Origin: Methanothrix sp.
GTDB lineage: Archaea; Halobacteriota; Methanosarcinia; Methanotrichales; Methanotrichaceae
Assembly: GCA_963682135.1 (NCBI GenBank)
Contig: OY821645.1
Coordinates: 512,001-576,000, forward strand
DNA: 64,000 nt
Reading direction: 5' to 3'
The stretch's first letter is position 1; every line of letters starts with the position of its first letter. Positions 29,481 through 39,966 of the stretch are shown here, one piece after another. Made by a program: the position numbers and the translations under genes. The notes below the pieces were generated by a model. That model did no database searches. It had not been told where the DNA came from and saw only the letters and a list, made by a program, of their open reading frames with translations.

Positions 29481-31772
29481 ATGGATGATTTAATGGAAGC
29501 TGTTGTATGGCTGGAAGAAGTGGGAAAGAATGATCTTTCCGTAGTGGGCGGCAAGGGTGCAAGCCTGGGTGAGATGATAAATATCGGCGTTCCCGTACCT
29601 GGCGGATTCGCAGTCACAGCTCAAGCCTTCCGGGATTTCCTTAACCGATCAGGCATCGCCAAGGAGCTATTCGAAGCCCTTAATGTCGATGTTAATCAAG
29701 AGTCTGAGCTGCACCAGGCCGAGAAGACGGCTAAGAAGCTCATCATGGAGGCCAAGGTGCCCGAGGACATCGAGTTGGCCATTAAATCCCGCTATGAGGA
29801 ACTATGCAAGCGCGAAGGAGAACAGGTCTTCGTGGCCGTGCGGTCCAGTGCTACCGCTGAGGATCTTCCTGATGCCAGTTTTGCAGGCCAGCAAGAGACC
29901 TTCCTCAACATGCGCGGAGCTGAGGATGTCTTTAACGCAGTTCGCAAGTGCTGGGCATCACTCTATGGAGCACGCGCTATCTTCTACCGGGTGGAGCAGG
30001 GCTTTGAGCACGATAAGGTCAACCTCTCCGCCATTGTGCAAAAGATGGTGGATTCCGAGAAGTCGGGAGTCATGTTCAGCTCACAACCTTCCACAGGCGA
30101 ACCACTGGTGGTCTTAGAAGGCGCCTGGGGACTGGGCGAATCCGTGGTTAGCGGAAGCGTCTCTCCTGACAATTTTGTCGTGGACAGAAAGACCAAGAAT
30201 ATCTTAAGCAAGTACATCGCCACCAAGGAGATAATGATCATCAGGGACCCCAAGACCCAGAAGACGGTTACAATCCCGGTCCCGGAAGAGAAGAAAGACG
30301 CCATCGTTCTGACGGACAACGAGGCAATTGAGCTCGCCAAATACGCCGAGATTCTGGAGAAGCACTACGGCATCCCCCAGGATATCGAGTGGGGCGTAGA
30401 GAAAAGCAAGATCTACATCCTCCAGTCGCGCCCGATTACTACTATTAATAACGGCAAAAAGAAAGAGCCAGCATCGGCAGCCAGCGGCAAAGTGATCCTC
30501 ACGGGCCTGGGCGCAGCTCCAGGAGTGGCTACAGGCATTGTGCGACTTATTGCCAGCGGCAGAGAGCTGGATAAGGTCAAACAGGGAGACATCATGGTCA
30601 CCAAGATGACCATGCCGGACATGGTTCCAGGCATGAAGCGTGCCGGAGCTATTGTCACCGATGAGGGCGGCATGGCCTGCCACGCAGCTATTGTGAGCCG
30701 CGAACTGGGTTGCCCGGCAGTGGTGGGAACCAAGAAGGCCACAGCGAATCTTAAAGAAGGCATGGAGGTCACAGTGGACGGCGGCAAAGGCACAGTCTAC
30801 GAAGGACGTGTTGCCCTGGCAGCGCCTGCCAAGCCGGCATCCGCAGCCAGCGGCGGTGGCGTGGTGTTCACTAAACCCATTACTGCCACCGAAATCAAGG
30901 TCAACGTCAGCGAGCCGGACCGAGCCGCAGCCGCGGCCGAGACGATGGCTGATGGCGTGGGTTTGCTGCGCATAGAGCACATGATTCTGGGTCTGGGCAA
31001 GACACCTAACTGGTACATCAAGAACGGCAAGTCAGAGGAATACATTGAAGAACTGGTTAAGAACATCAAAATAGTGGCCGATGCCTTCTTCCCACGACCT
31101 GTCTGGGTGCGCACCCTGGATGCCCCCACAGACGAGTTCCGGGCCATGGAGGGCGGCGAGGGCGAGCCTATCGAGCACAATCCCATGCTCGGCTGGCGCG
31201 GCATTCGGCGCGACCTGACGGAAACAGATCACTTCCGCCTGGAAATAAGGGCTTTCAAGAGACTGCATGAGATGGGCCTGTCTAATGTAGGCATCATGCT
31301 GCCCATGGTACAGCACGTTCGCGAGTTTCAGAAGGCCAAGGCCATCATGGTTGATGAGAACCTGGACCTGGAGAAGATCGATGTGGGCATCATGGTAGAG
31401 ACGCCCGGCGCCGCGCTCACCATTGAAGACTTCATCGAGGATGGAATCGATTTCATCTCATTCGGCACCAATGATCTGACCCAGTACACCCTGGCGGTAG
31501 ACCGAAACAACGAGAACGTTGCCGGGCTGTATTCCGAGCTTCATCCCGCCATACTCAAGCTCATCGAGTATGTAGTGGAACGCTGCAATGAGGCGGGAGT
31601 CAAGACCTCCATCTGCGGCCAGGCCGGATCATACCCGGAGATGGCCAAGAGACTGGTGGAGATCGGTATAACCAGCATATCAGCTAATATCGATGCTGTG
31701 GCTACGGTTCGAGAGACGGTGGCTAGAAGCGAGAAGATTCTATTGCTCAATGCCGCGAGAAATACGAAATAA
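29481..31772 (+). CDS. ppsA: Phosphoenolpyruvate synthase
   Basis: VGGKGASLGEM, VAVRSSATAEDLPDASFAGQQ, CHAAIVSRE, SFGTNDLTQ, SICGQA. Confidence 0.96.
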   Translation: MDDLMEAVVWLEEVGKNDLSVVGGKGASLGEMINIGVPVPGGFAVTAQAFRDFLNRSGIAKELFEALNVDVNQESELHQAEKTAKKLIMEAKVPEDIELAIKSRYEELCKREGEQVFVAVRSSATAEDLPDASFAGQQETFLNMRGAEDVFNAVRKCWASLYGARAIFYRVEQGFEHDKVNLSAIVQKMVDSEKSGVMFSSQPSTGEPLVVLEGAWGLGESVVSGSVSPDNFVVDRKTKNILSKYIATKEIMIIRDPKTQKTVTIPVPEEKKDAIVLTDNEAIELAKYAEILEKHYGIPQDIEWGVEKSKIYILQSRPITTINNGKKKEPASAASGKVILTGLGAAPGVATGIVRLIASGRELDKVKQGDIMVTKMTMPDMVPGMKRAGAIVTDEGGMACHAAIVSRELGCPAVVGTKKATANLKEGMEVTVDGGKGTVYEGRVALAAPAKPASAASGGGVVFTKPITATEIKVNVSEPDRAAAAAETMADGVGLLRIEHMILGLGKTPNWYIKNGKSEEYIEELVKNIKIVADAFFPRPVWVRTLDAPTDEFRAMEGGEGEPIEHNPMLGWRGIRRDLTETDHFRLEIRAFKRLHEMGLSNVGIMLPMVQHVREFQKAKAIMVDENLDLEKIDVGIMVETPGAALTIEDFIEDGIDFISFGTNDLTQYTLAVDRNNENVAGLYSELHPAILKLIEYVVERCNEAGVKTSICGQAGSYPEMAKRLVEIGITSISANIDAVATVRETVARSEKILLLNAARNTK

Positions 31773-31787
31773 AGAATGGGATAAAAA

Positions 31788-32924
31788 ATGAGAGACAAAG
31801 CCCTCCCCGAAGATGAGGTAATGCGCATCCTGGCAGAGACGAGAGCACGTGACTACAGCTATGACCGCTTCCTATCCACCATGTGCACCCTGCCCCATCC
31901 TATTGCGGTAAGGGCTCATGACATGTTCCTGGAGACAAACCTGGGAGACCCGGGTTTGTTTCCGGGTGTGGCCGAACTGGAAGAGCGCGTAGTGGCCATG
32001 CTGGGCGAGATGCTGGGCTGTCCGGACGCCTCGGGCTATGTCTCCACAGGCGGCACGGAGTCCAACATCCAGGCCATCCGGGCGGCAAGAAATGAGGCAG
32101 GAAGAAAAGACGGCAATATCGTAGTTCCCGCCTCTGCCCACTTCTCTTTTGACAAGATCGGAGACCTCCTCTGTCTGGAGGTGCGAAAGGCCGAACTGGA
32201 TGAGAGCCTCAAGGTCGATTTATCGTCGGTCGAGTCTTTACTAGACGAGAAGACTGTAGCACTGGTGGGCATCGCCGGGACAACTGAGTTTGGCCAGGTG
32301 GACCCGATAGAGCAGTTAGCAAAAATGGCATCAGATCTGGGTATTCATCTGCATGTGGATGCGGCATTCGGCGGTTTTGTCCTACCCTTCCTGGAAAAGA
32401 AGTTCGCCTGGGATTTTTCTGTGCCCGGGGTCTCCTCCATCACCATCGATCCGCATAAGATGGGCATGAGCACGATTCCCGCCGGGGGACTGCTCTTTCG
32501 CGGACAGGAATGCCTGAGCGCCCTGGAGACGGAGACTCATTATCTCACCAAAGCCCGGCAAGCATCTCTAACCGGCACGAGGAGCGGAGCTGCCGCCGCA
32601 GCCACTTATGCCGTGATGATGCACCTGGGCCGAGAAGGCTTCAAGGAGACTGTCGACTACTGTATGGACCTGACGCATCATCTGGTGGCAGGTGCCAGAG
32701 AGATCGGCATTCAGCCGACGATCGAGCCTATCATGAATGTGGTGGCATTAGAGGTTCCCTCTCCGGCTAAGGTGCGCGAGGAGCTGATGAAGAGGGATTG
32801 GCACGTTTCCATGACCCGTGAGCCCAACCGAGCACTGCGGCTGATACTGATGAAGCATATGACACGAGAAAATATAGATCTGTTTCTGGAGGATCTGCAA
32901 GTAGTTTGTCGAAAACTGATTTAG
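31788..32924 (+). CDS. mfnA: L-tyrosine/L-aspartate decarboxylase
   Basis: ETNLGDPGLFPG, GGTESN, HVDAAFGGF, IDPHKMG (PLP lysine), GTRSGA. Confidence 0.94.
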   Translation: MRDKALPEDEVMRILAETRARDYSYDRFLSTMCTLPHPIAVRAHDMFLETNLGDPGLFPGVAELEERVVAMLGEMLGCPDASGYVSTGGTESNIQAIRAARNEAGRKDGNIVVPASAHFSFDKIGDLLCLEVRKAELDESLKVDLSSVESLLDEKTVALVGIAGTTEFGQVDPIEQLAKMASDLGIHLHVDAAFGGFVLPFLEKKFAWDFSVPGVSSITIDPHKMGMSTIPAGGLLFRGQECLSALETETHYLTKARQASLTGTRSGAAAAATYAVMMHLGREGFKETVDYCMDLTHHLVAGAREIGIQPTIEPIMNVVALEVPSPAKVREELMKRDWHVSMTREPNRALRLILMKHMTRENIDLFLEDLQVVCRKLI

Positions 32925-32989
32925 TTTGTAACGAAGCTTCTCAGACAAGCCTTAAAGAATCAAATAGCTGAGGCGAAAGCAAGAGACGG

Positions 32990-33403
32990 GTGAGCATATT
33001 GTATCTGATATTTATTAGCCATGCTGGCTCTGATACATGGATTGCAAAAAGGATTTCCGAATGCATTGAGAAAAACGGTGCAGATACATTTCTTGATGAG
33101 GCGCAGATAGCTGTTGGCGATGACTTTGAAGATAGAATCTTAGAAGCTCTCGATAAAGCCAATGAGCTACTTGTATATTTTACTCCATGGTCCCTTTTGA
33201 GACCGTATGTCTGGACAGAAATAGGTGCTGCGTGGGGCAAAAGGTTGCCTATAACAGGTGTCCTGCATGGCATAACCCCAGAGGAATTGAGCGCCAAGTC
33301 AGGAATCCCTTTGATGATAAAACAGAGAAACTTAATTGATATAAACGATTTCAGCAAATACCTTTCACAATTGCCCGAAAAAATACAGAGGAAGATATCA
33401 TAA
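32990..33403 (+). CDS. Stand-alone TIR (TIR_2) domain protein
   Basis: IFISHAGSD, TFLDEAQIAVGD, TPWSLLRPYVWTEIGAA with the catalytic-position Glu. Confidence 0.88.
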   Translation: MSILYLIFISHAGSDTWIAKRISECIEKNGADTFLDEAQIAVGDDFEDRILEALDKANELLVYFTPWSLLRPYVWTEIGAAWGKRLPITGVLHGITPEELSAKSGIPLMIKQRNLIDINDFSKYLSQLPEKIQRKIS

Positions 33404-33474
33404 TAAACGAGTATGTATTGCTCAGAAATTCATGCAAGGGCTATTTGCATTTAACATAGTCCTAGATTGAATGT

Positions 33475-33945
33475 TTAGCCGCAGGGATGCAGAGAACTGG
33501 CCGCATCCGCAAGCACTGATTTCAATTTACCTGGCTTGTCTTTCTGAGGTATCGAGACAATGCTTCTCGCGATCTCCTCCGCGGTCGATTTGGGGTCTCC
33601 TTTTCTTAGAAATCTTCTCGATCTTACTGGCCCGGGAAGGTCTTCTATCGGCATATCCTCTGAGACAATAGGTATGAGTACTTTTTTCATGGCCAGAGCA
33701 GCACCTAACTCCGCCGCAGCCCAATTTGAATTCACTGTATCAGGAGTTAATAGCATTACGATGTATCTGCTATCTCTTAAACCTTCTTCCAGCCCACCTA
33801 GTATCGAATCACCAGGTTTGATATTGGTCTCATCATACCAAACACAGAGGCCCTTATTGGATAGTGCTTCAACGAGACTATTTACCCAATCTCGGTCTTT
33901 GTTTGCGTAGGAGATGAAAACGTCGTATTTCTCAGACATCATCAA
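33475..33945 (-). CDS. Stand-alone TIR (TIR_2) domain protein
   Basis: YDVFISYANKD, VWYDETNIKPGDS, SNWAAAELGAA, LIPI. Confidence 0.9.
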   Translation of the reverse strand: MMMSEKYDVFISYANKDRDWVNSLVEALSNKGLCVWYDETNIKPGDSILGGLEEGLRDSRYIVMLLTPDTVNSNWAAAELGAALAMKKVLIPIVSEDMPIEDLPGPVRSRRFLRKGDPKSTAEEIARSIVSIPQKDKPGKLKSVLADAASSLHPCG

Positions 33946-34109
33946 TTCTCCGAATCATACCACCTTCAACGAATTTAGCATTGGATACTTAGGTGGTTCA
34001 TTCTGCCTATTAATTAAACCTATGCGCTTGTATTATTATGTACCTGCTAAAACAAATATGTACTGGTTGGAGAAAACCAGTGAAACCAAATAGACCATTA
34101 AAATACAAA

Positions 34110-34331
34110 TTAGACCTTATGACCGATGGCAAAGCGTCTCATTACCTTCTCGATCTGGATCTTGACAACGTCGCCTACCTTGGTATCGGCCACGAAGATC
34201 ACAAATCCTTCTACTCGGGCAATGCCGTCGCCTTCTCGGGCAATGTCCTCAATATTAACATCGTACTCTTTTCCGACCTCTACCGGGGCAGGAGTGCCCA
34301 TGGCGGATCGATCTGCGTTATAATCTGCCAA
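34110..34331 (-). CDS. Single TRAM-domain RNA chaperone
   Basis: APVEVGKEYDVNIEDIAREGDGIARVEGFVIFV. Confidence 0.93.
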   Translation of the reverse strand: MADYNADRSAMGTPAPVEVGKEYDVNIEDIAREGDGIARVEGFVIFVADTKVGDVVKIQIEKVMRRFAIGHKV

Positions 34332-34523
34332 AATACGTCACCGTCCTTGAAAAGCAATCAGATTTTATGGCCTCAGGCGAAGCGCAACATTGCCATTCTT
34401 CACTATCCTTAGCGATAAGCCACAAGATCATATTTCGCGATCAGCTCCCTCGTTATCCGACTATTAAATCCTTTTGCTCATCCTATGCCAATTTATTTCT
34501 GCTAGGATGCTGCTCTCTCGTAT

Positions 34524-35420
34524 ATGGACTACCTGGATAGATACAGGGAAATTGTGCCGGATTATGCTGCCTTCCGGTCCATTCAATGCCTGCCTCTCTA
34601 CAATTCCGCCCGCATCAATACTCTGAAGATAGAGAGAGAAAAGCTCCTGGAAAGGCTGGAAGAAGAGGGCGTGCTCTACAAGAGCTTTCCATGGTATAAT
34701 CTGGGCCTGAAGCTGGATATGGAGAGCCCCGGCAAGCTGCTGGAAAACCTCCAGGGGTTCATCCACATCCAGGAGGAGCTATCCATGGTCCCGCCCCTGG
34801 TGCTTGACCCACAGCCCGGTGAGAGCGTCCTGGACCTGTGCGCCTCTCCCGGCAGCAAGACCACGCAGATCTCGCAGATGATGGAAAATCAGGGTCTCGT
34901 AATCGCCAATGAGCCATCTTTGGCAAGAGTTGCTCCCCTGCGCTCGAACTGCGAGCGGTTGGGAGTGATAAATGTGGCAGTCACCCGCTATGATGGCCGC
35001 AATTTTCCTCGCGGCCCATTCGACAGGGTTCTGGTGGATGCCCCCTGCTCCAGCGAGGGCCGGGAGAGAAGAGGGCCTGGGGTTTTATCCAGATGCAGCA
35101 GGGAAAGATCCCTTGATTTGGGGATACTGCAGATCTCTCTTCTCAAGAACGCCCTGCGCCTGACCAAGCCGGGTGGTGTCGTGGTCTACTCCACCTGCAC
35201 CTATGCCCCGGAAGAAAACGAGCTGGTAGTGCAGGAGGTACTGGAGGATACAGAGGATCTCCGATTGGAGAAGGTCAGTATTGCTGGCCTTCGGGAGTGT
35301 CCGGGAATCACAGAGTGGAACGGCAAAAGGCTGAACGATGCCCTTTCATGCACCGCCCGCTACTATCCACATATCAATGATACGGGAGGTTTCTATGTCG
35401 CCAAGATCATCAAGAATTAG
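34524..35420 (+). CDS. NOL1/NOP2/RsmB RNA m5C methyltransferase
   Basis: LDLCASPGSKTT, VLVDAPCS, VYSTCT, PEENE. Confidence 0.94.
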   Translation: MDYLDRYREIVPDYAAFRSIQCLPLYNSARINTLKIEREKLLERLEEEGVLYKSFPWYNLGLKLDMESPGKLLENLQGFIHIQEELSMVPPLVLDPQPGESVLDLCASPGSKTTQISQMMENQGLVIANEPSLARVAPLRSNCERLGVINVAVTRYDGRNFPRGPFDRVLVDAPCSSEGRERRGPGVLSRCSRERSLDLGILQISLLKNALRLTKPGGVVVYSTCTYAPEENELVVQEVLEDTEDLRLEKVSIAGLRECPGITEWNGKRLNDALSCTARYYPHINDTGGFYVAKIIKN

Positions 35421-35889
35421 GAATATATTTGAGCCGCTGGATAAGTCTCTCGTAGCAAAGGTTTGGCAAGAGCGGTTCGGCTTTTCAGATCAGGCATTTG
35501 CCGGATGCAAATTCTTCCGGAAATCTAACAGCATCTGGGTTATTAACGATGTAGATCTGCCCGCTCTCAGCTACGAATCTTTGGGAATGCGCATCATGAG
35601 CTGCAAGGATCGCCCGTGGAAGCCTACCACCTCGGCTCTGCAGATCTTTGGCAGATATGCCACCAAGAATATTATTCATCTTAATCGAGAAGAAGCCATG
35701 ATTTTCCTGGAGGGAGGCAGTCAGCCTATCGAATCGGAATGTGAGAATGGCTATGTGGTGGTTTTTTATAGAGGGGATGTGCTTGGGTGCGGTCTATACT
35801 CACACGGCAAGCTTGTCTCTCAAATTCCCAAAGAAAGAAGAATGGCAAGCAGTGTCAAGGGCGCCGAATGTGAAGCTTGGAGAGAGTGA
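35395..35889 (+). CDS. RsmF C-terminal/NIP7-like PUA-fold partner protein
   Basis: ERFG, ESLGMRI, KPTTSALQIFG, GYVVV...LGCG; GGAGGT RBS before ATG 35395. Confidence 0.78.
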   Translation: MSPRSSRIRNIFEPLDKSLVAKVWQERFGFSDQAFAGCKFFRKSNSIWVINDVDLPALSYESLGMRIMSCKDRPWKPTTSALQIFGRYATKNIIHLNREEAMIFLEGGSQPIESECENGYVVVFYRGDVLGCGLYSHGKLVSQIPKERRMASSVKGAECEAWRE

Positions 35890-35898
35890 GAATCCTAA

Positions 35899-36957
35899 AT
35901 GACCTCGGAAGTCTCGGATACTGCGGAAACGGTCTTATTTCCTGCAAAACCATATTCCGATCAAATTGAACTGAAAAAGCTTTGGCAGCAGCCCCTGCGC
36001 CTCTTTCGCCTGGCCAATGCCCTGCGGGAAAAAAGCTGTCAGGATGCCGTTTCATTTGTCATAAACCGAAATATCAACTTCACCAATGAATGCACTGGGA
36101 CATGCAAATTCTGCTCTTTCAAGCACAGTAGCATCTATTTCCTTACAGATGAGCAAATTTTGCAGCGCACCGGGGAGGCTGAGAAGCTGGGTGCAACAGA
36201 GATCTGTCTGCAAGGTGGGCTTGCCCCAAAAATGCATCTGGAGGACTACTGCCAGATCCTGGAGCTTATACATCGCGACTTTCCCAGGATGCATCTGCAT
36301 GCCTACTCTCCCATGGAAGTGCTGCACATGTCACAAAACTCCCGTGTTGAGGCAAAAGAGGCCATGCAGGAGTTAAAAAGAAGTGGCCTTGGCTCCATGC
36401 CGGGAACTGCCGCTGAGATTCTTGTCGACTCTGTGCGCCAGAAGATCTGCCCGAATAAGCTTAAGACTGAGAAGTGGCGGCAGATAATCACCGCTGCGCA
36501 TATGCTGGCAATTCCCACCACCTCGACCATGCTCTTTGGCCATGTTGAGAGTCTGGAGGATCGCCTAAGCCACCTGCAAATCCTAAAAGAGATCCAGTGT
36601 GAGACGGGAGGATTCACAGAGATGGTTCTGCTTCCCTTCATTGCGGATAATAATATGCTCGGCAAGATTGCCAGAGGTGCCGATCTCTTGGATCGTCTTA
36701 AGATGCATGCTCTGGCCAGGGTTGCTCTTTATCCCAACATCACCAACATCCAGGCAAGCTGGACCAAATTGGGCCGCGAAGCCGCTGCTGCCGCTTTGGA
36801 TTGGGGAGCCAATGACCTGGGCGGCACGCTCATGGATGAGGGAATCGCCCGCAATTCCAAGGAAGCACCCAGTATTTCTGCAGAGGAGCTCTCAGAGCTG
36901 ATAGAAGGACGGGGAAAGAGGGCGGTGCAGAGGACTACCCTTTACGAAAGAGCATAA
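35899..36957 (+). CDS. cofH: FO synthase subunit 2 (F420 biosynthesis)
   Basis: NRNINFTNECTGTCKFCSF, SMPGTAAEIL, NIQASW, GANDLGGTLM. Confidence 0.9.
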   Translation: MTSEVSDTAETVLFPAKPYSDQIELKKLWQQPLRLFRLANALREKSCQDAVSFVINRNINFTNECTGTCKFCSFKHSSIYFLTDEQILQRTGEAEKLGATEICLQGGLAPKMHLEDYCQILELIHRDFPRMHLHAYSPMEVLHMSQNSRVEAKEAMQELKRSGLGSMPGTAAEILVDSVRQKICPNKLKTEKWRQIITAAHMLAIPTTSTMLFGHVESLEDRLSHLQILKEIQCETGGFTEMVLLPFIADNNMLGKIARGADLLDRLKMHALARVALYPNITNIQASWTKLGREAAAAALDWGANDLGGTLMDEGIARNSKEAPSISAEELSELIEGRGKRAVQRTTLYERA

Positions 36958-37061
36958 TCTGTGCGTCCGTCATCTGTGTGTCTGACCGACTGATTTTCAT
37001 TTATTGAAATGATCGTAAAATGCGACGATAAGCTTTACATATTTTGACGATACACTTCCTC

Positions 37062-37889
37062 ATGGTGGGGCTCATTAGAAAAATAATAGTCATCATGTTA
37101 ATCGCTTTGCTTGCTTTTATCAACACATGGTCGGTATCTGCTAAGGATGTCACCGTCTCAGGATCATCAACCGTGATGCCTTTGGCTGAGGTTGCGGCAG
37201 AGGAATTCAATATTCAGCAGAAGGATTATGTGGTGACGGTTTCCGCCGGAGGGACTGGTGCCGGAATTCTGGGCATTGCCGAGCGCAAGAATGACATCGC
37301 TATGGCCTCGCGTGAGATAACCGAGGACGAAAGGAAGAGATTTGGCGATTCCTTTGAGGAGTTCCTGGTGGGCCTGGACGGCATCAGCCTGGCGGTGAGC
37401 GATGAGGTATATCAGTCCGGCGTCAAGGGATTGAGCAGAGATCAGGTCAAAGATATCTATTCCGGAAACATCACCAACTGGAAGGAGCTCGGCGGCCCGG
37501 ATACAGATATCTATGTGATATCACGTGAAGAGGGTTCCGGAACTCGCGACAGCTTCAATGAGGTCGTCTTGGGCCGCAAAGATGCCGAGATGCCGGGCGT
37601 TGATACCGTGGCCTTTGGTGGGGCCGAGGTCAAGACTGCTATTTCGGGAAGCGACAAGGCAATAGGCTATCTGGGTTTCAACTATTTGGGGGGCGGAGTT
37701 GCAGGCATAGCCTTTAATGGAATCACGCCCACCTATGAAAATATAAAGTTGGATCTCTATGAACTGCATCGGCATCTATACTTCTATACCTTCGGAAAGC
37801 CTACAAACGGGGCTCAGGCATTCATAGACTTTGTGCAAGGGCCAGAGGGCCAGAAGATCGCTGCGGATGAGGGTTTCATACCAATCTAA
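37062..37889 (+). CDS. pstS: Phosphate ABC transporter substrate-binding protein
   Basis: GSSTVMP, GGTGAGI, DIAMASR, REEGSGTR; start may be 37044. Confidence 0.9.
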   Translation: MVGLIRKIIVIMLIALLAFINTWSVSAKDVTVSGSSTVMPLAEVAAEEFNIQQKDYVVTVSAGGTGAGILGIAERKNDIAMASREITEDERKRFGDSFEEFLVGLDGISLAVSDEVYQSGVKGLSRDQVKDIYSGNITNWKELGGPDTDIYVISREEGSGTRDSFNEVVLGRKDAEMPGVDTVAFGGAEVKTAISGSDKAIGYLGFNYLGGGVAGIAFNGITPTYENIKLDLYELHRHLYFYTFGKPTNGAQAFIDFVQGPEGQKIAADEGFIPI

Positions 37890-37927
37890 ACATCAACCTT
37901 ACATAATAGTATGGCAAATCACATCTG

Positions 37928-38761
37928 ATGAGAGCCGAAAGCATGCTGTCTATATTGTTGCTGTTTTTCATCATGGCCATAGCGCCCGGTGAAGCCAGAG
38001 AGGTAACGGTTGCAGTTTCAGGGTCCAGCACGGTCATGCCCATGGCAGAGCTCGCTGCCGAGGAGTTTAATATGCTGCAGGACGATTACAAAGTAAATGT
38101 GAAATCGGGTGGCAGCGGTGTAGGCATCGTAGACGTAGCTGAAGGCAGATCGGATATTGCCATGAGCTCCCGAGAGATCAAACTGGAAGAGCGGCAAAGG
38201 TATGAGACACCAATAGTCCGTTTTATGGAGATACCGGTAGGTTTTGATGCCATATGCCTGGTGATCAGTCCGGATGTTTATAATGAGGGAGTGACATCGC
38301 TCACCAAGGATGAGGTTAAACGGATCTATTCCGGAGATATAACCAACTGGGAAGAGCTTGGCGGGCCGAACACGGAAATATTCGCTATTGGCAGAAGGCC
38401 AGGCTCGGGAACCAGAGATACCTTCAATGAGATCATAATGGGAAGCCGAGAAGCTGAAACTCCTGCAGTATCTTATGATGCAGGGGAGAGCTCGGAGGTT
38501 AAGTTCAGTACGCAGCGCAGCCGCAATGCTATCGGCTATATGGGGTACAGCTTCGTCATGAAGGGAGACACCAAGGTGATTGCTCTTGATGGCGTCCAGC
38601 CCTCGATTGAGACCATAAAGAGTGGTGCTTATCCGCTGGCCAGAAAGCTATTCTTTATCACTTTGGGAGAGCCCTCCCCCGGTGCCAATGCTTTTATCGA
38701 TTATCTTCTAAGCCCTGAAGGTCAGCAGATAGCTGTAGATAACGGTTTCATACCGATCTGA
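37928..38761 (+). CDS. pstS: Phosphate ABC transporter substrate-binding protein, second paralogue
   Basis: GSSTVMP, GGSGVGI, DIAMSSR, RRPGSGTR, YPLARKL. Confidence 0.9.
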   Translation: MRAESMLSILLLFFIMAIAPGEAREVTVAVSGSSTVMPMAELAAEEFNMLQDDYKVNVKSGGSGVGIVDVAEGRSDIAMSSREIKLEERQRYETPIVRFMEIPVGFDAICLVISPDVYNEGVTSLTKDEVKRIYSGDITNWEELGGPNTEIFAIGRRPGSGTRDTFNEIIMGSREAETPAVSYDAGESSEVKFSTQRSRNAIGYMGYSFVMKGDTKVIALDGVQPSIETIKSGAYPLARKLFFITLGEPSPGANAFIDYLLSPEGQQIAVDNGFIPI

Positions 38762-39085
38762 GATCGGCGCGATCTAATTTTTTCTGATCATTCCGGAGCA
38801 CTTGCAGAATCAGAGCGGTGGCATCTATTATTCATCTTCGATCTGCTCTCTGCTCTTTTACGCAAAGCTATATCTAGAATTCACGCTTATTATTCATGTA
38901 GAACAGGGAATACCTTGATAAATAATCGCGGATAATAGTATAGTCAATCTGTAAGTGGTGTTCACGGATCGGTTCAATAGATTCATGCCGTCGGTTATTG
39001 TCAATCATGCACCTCATCCCTCATTATTACACTGGAAAACATAGCCTGAGAAGGACCGACGCTTTGGAGGAGCACCCGGCAAAAA

Positions 39086-39916
39086 ATGCTATCTGCAAAG
39101 GAGATGAATAAGATGCAAATAAGAAAATGGTTCGGAGCGTCTCTGCTTTTAATATTTTTGGCTGCACTTGCACTTATCCCATGGTTGGCATGCGCTCAGA
39201 CTTCATGCCCTGAGGGATGCAGCTGCATCACTGTGGCCGGCGCAAACCAGCAGTTCGGCGAAGGAAATTTTGATAGGTGTCAGGCAAATCCCTGTGGTGA
39301 AGAGAGGTCACCTACTGGAGCTATGCTTCTTAAGTATTGCTTCAAGTCCAAATGTCCCCAGGGCTGCAGTTGCATGACCGAGGAGAAGGCCAAAGAGATG
39401 GGATACAACCTCTGTTCCGGTCAGAGGATTCCCTGCGGTTATGACCAGTTTAAGAGGCCATTGTATTGCTTCTCGCCCGCCGTCCGGTGTCCGGATGATT
39501 GCCAATGCCTGACGGAAGAGGGGGCCAAGAAGCTGGGGTACGATAAATTCTGCGGGAACGAGAAGAAGGAATGCGGCAAAGATCCTCGCGGATACCCGAA
39601 ATTCTGCTATCAGATTCCCCCCGTCGCCTGTCCTACGGGGTGTGTCTGCGCCAGCAAAGAGGAAGCCGCAGCAAAAGGACTCAAGGACAACTGTCTGGAT
39701 GCCAATGGCAAACCAATTGTCTGCGGCACAATAGACGTCCAGGCAGGATTATTCAGGTACTGCTTTAGGGCGCCGGAGCCGCTCCGGTGCTGGTACGACT
39801 ACTCCTTGGGAAAATGCGTGGGCGGCTGCTCTGACGGAAAGATGTGTCAGTTGAATACTATAAAACGGGATCCCAAGACCATGAAGGTGACATTCGCGGA
39901 GTGCCATTGCAAGTGA
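39086..39916 (+). CDS. Secreted cysteine-rich repeat protein
   Basis: Signal peptide; four CPxxCxC...A...G...C...CG...Y/FCF/Y repeats. Confidence 0.82.
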   Translation: MLSAKEMNKMQIRKWFGASLLLIFLAALALIPWLACAQTSCPEGCSCITVAGANQQFGEGNFDRCQANPCGEERSPTGAMLLKYCFKSKCPQGCSCMTEEKAKEMGYNLCSGQRIPCGYDQFKRPLYCFSPAVRCPDDCQCLTEEGAKKLGYDKFCGNEKKECGKDPRGYPKFCYQIPPVACPTGCVCASKEEAAAKGLKDNCLDANGKPIVCGTIDVQAGLFRYCFRAPEPLRCWYDYSLGKCVGGCSDGKMCQLNTIKRDPKTMKVTFAECHCK

Positions 39917-39966
39917 TGATATCGAGGGGAGGTTCTCACCCAGATTTTTTCATATTATCATCTTTT

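Noticed and set aside
32990-33945. Complete Thoeris system
   Set aside because: No ThsA (SIR2-SLOG or TM-macro) gene adjacent, and the TIR genes are convergent
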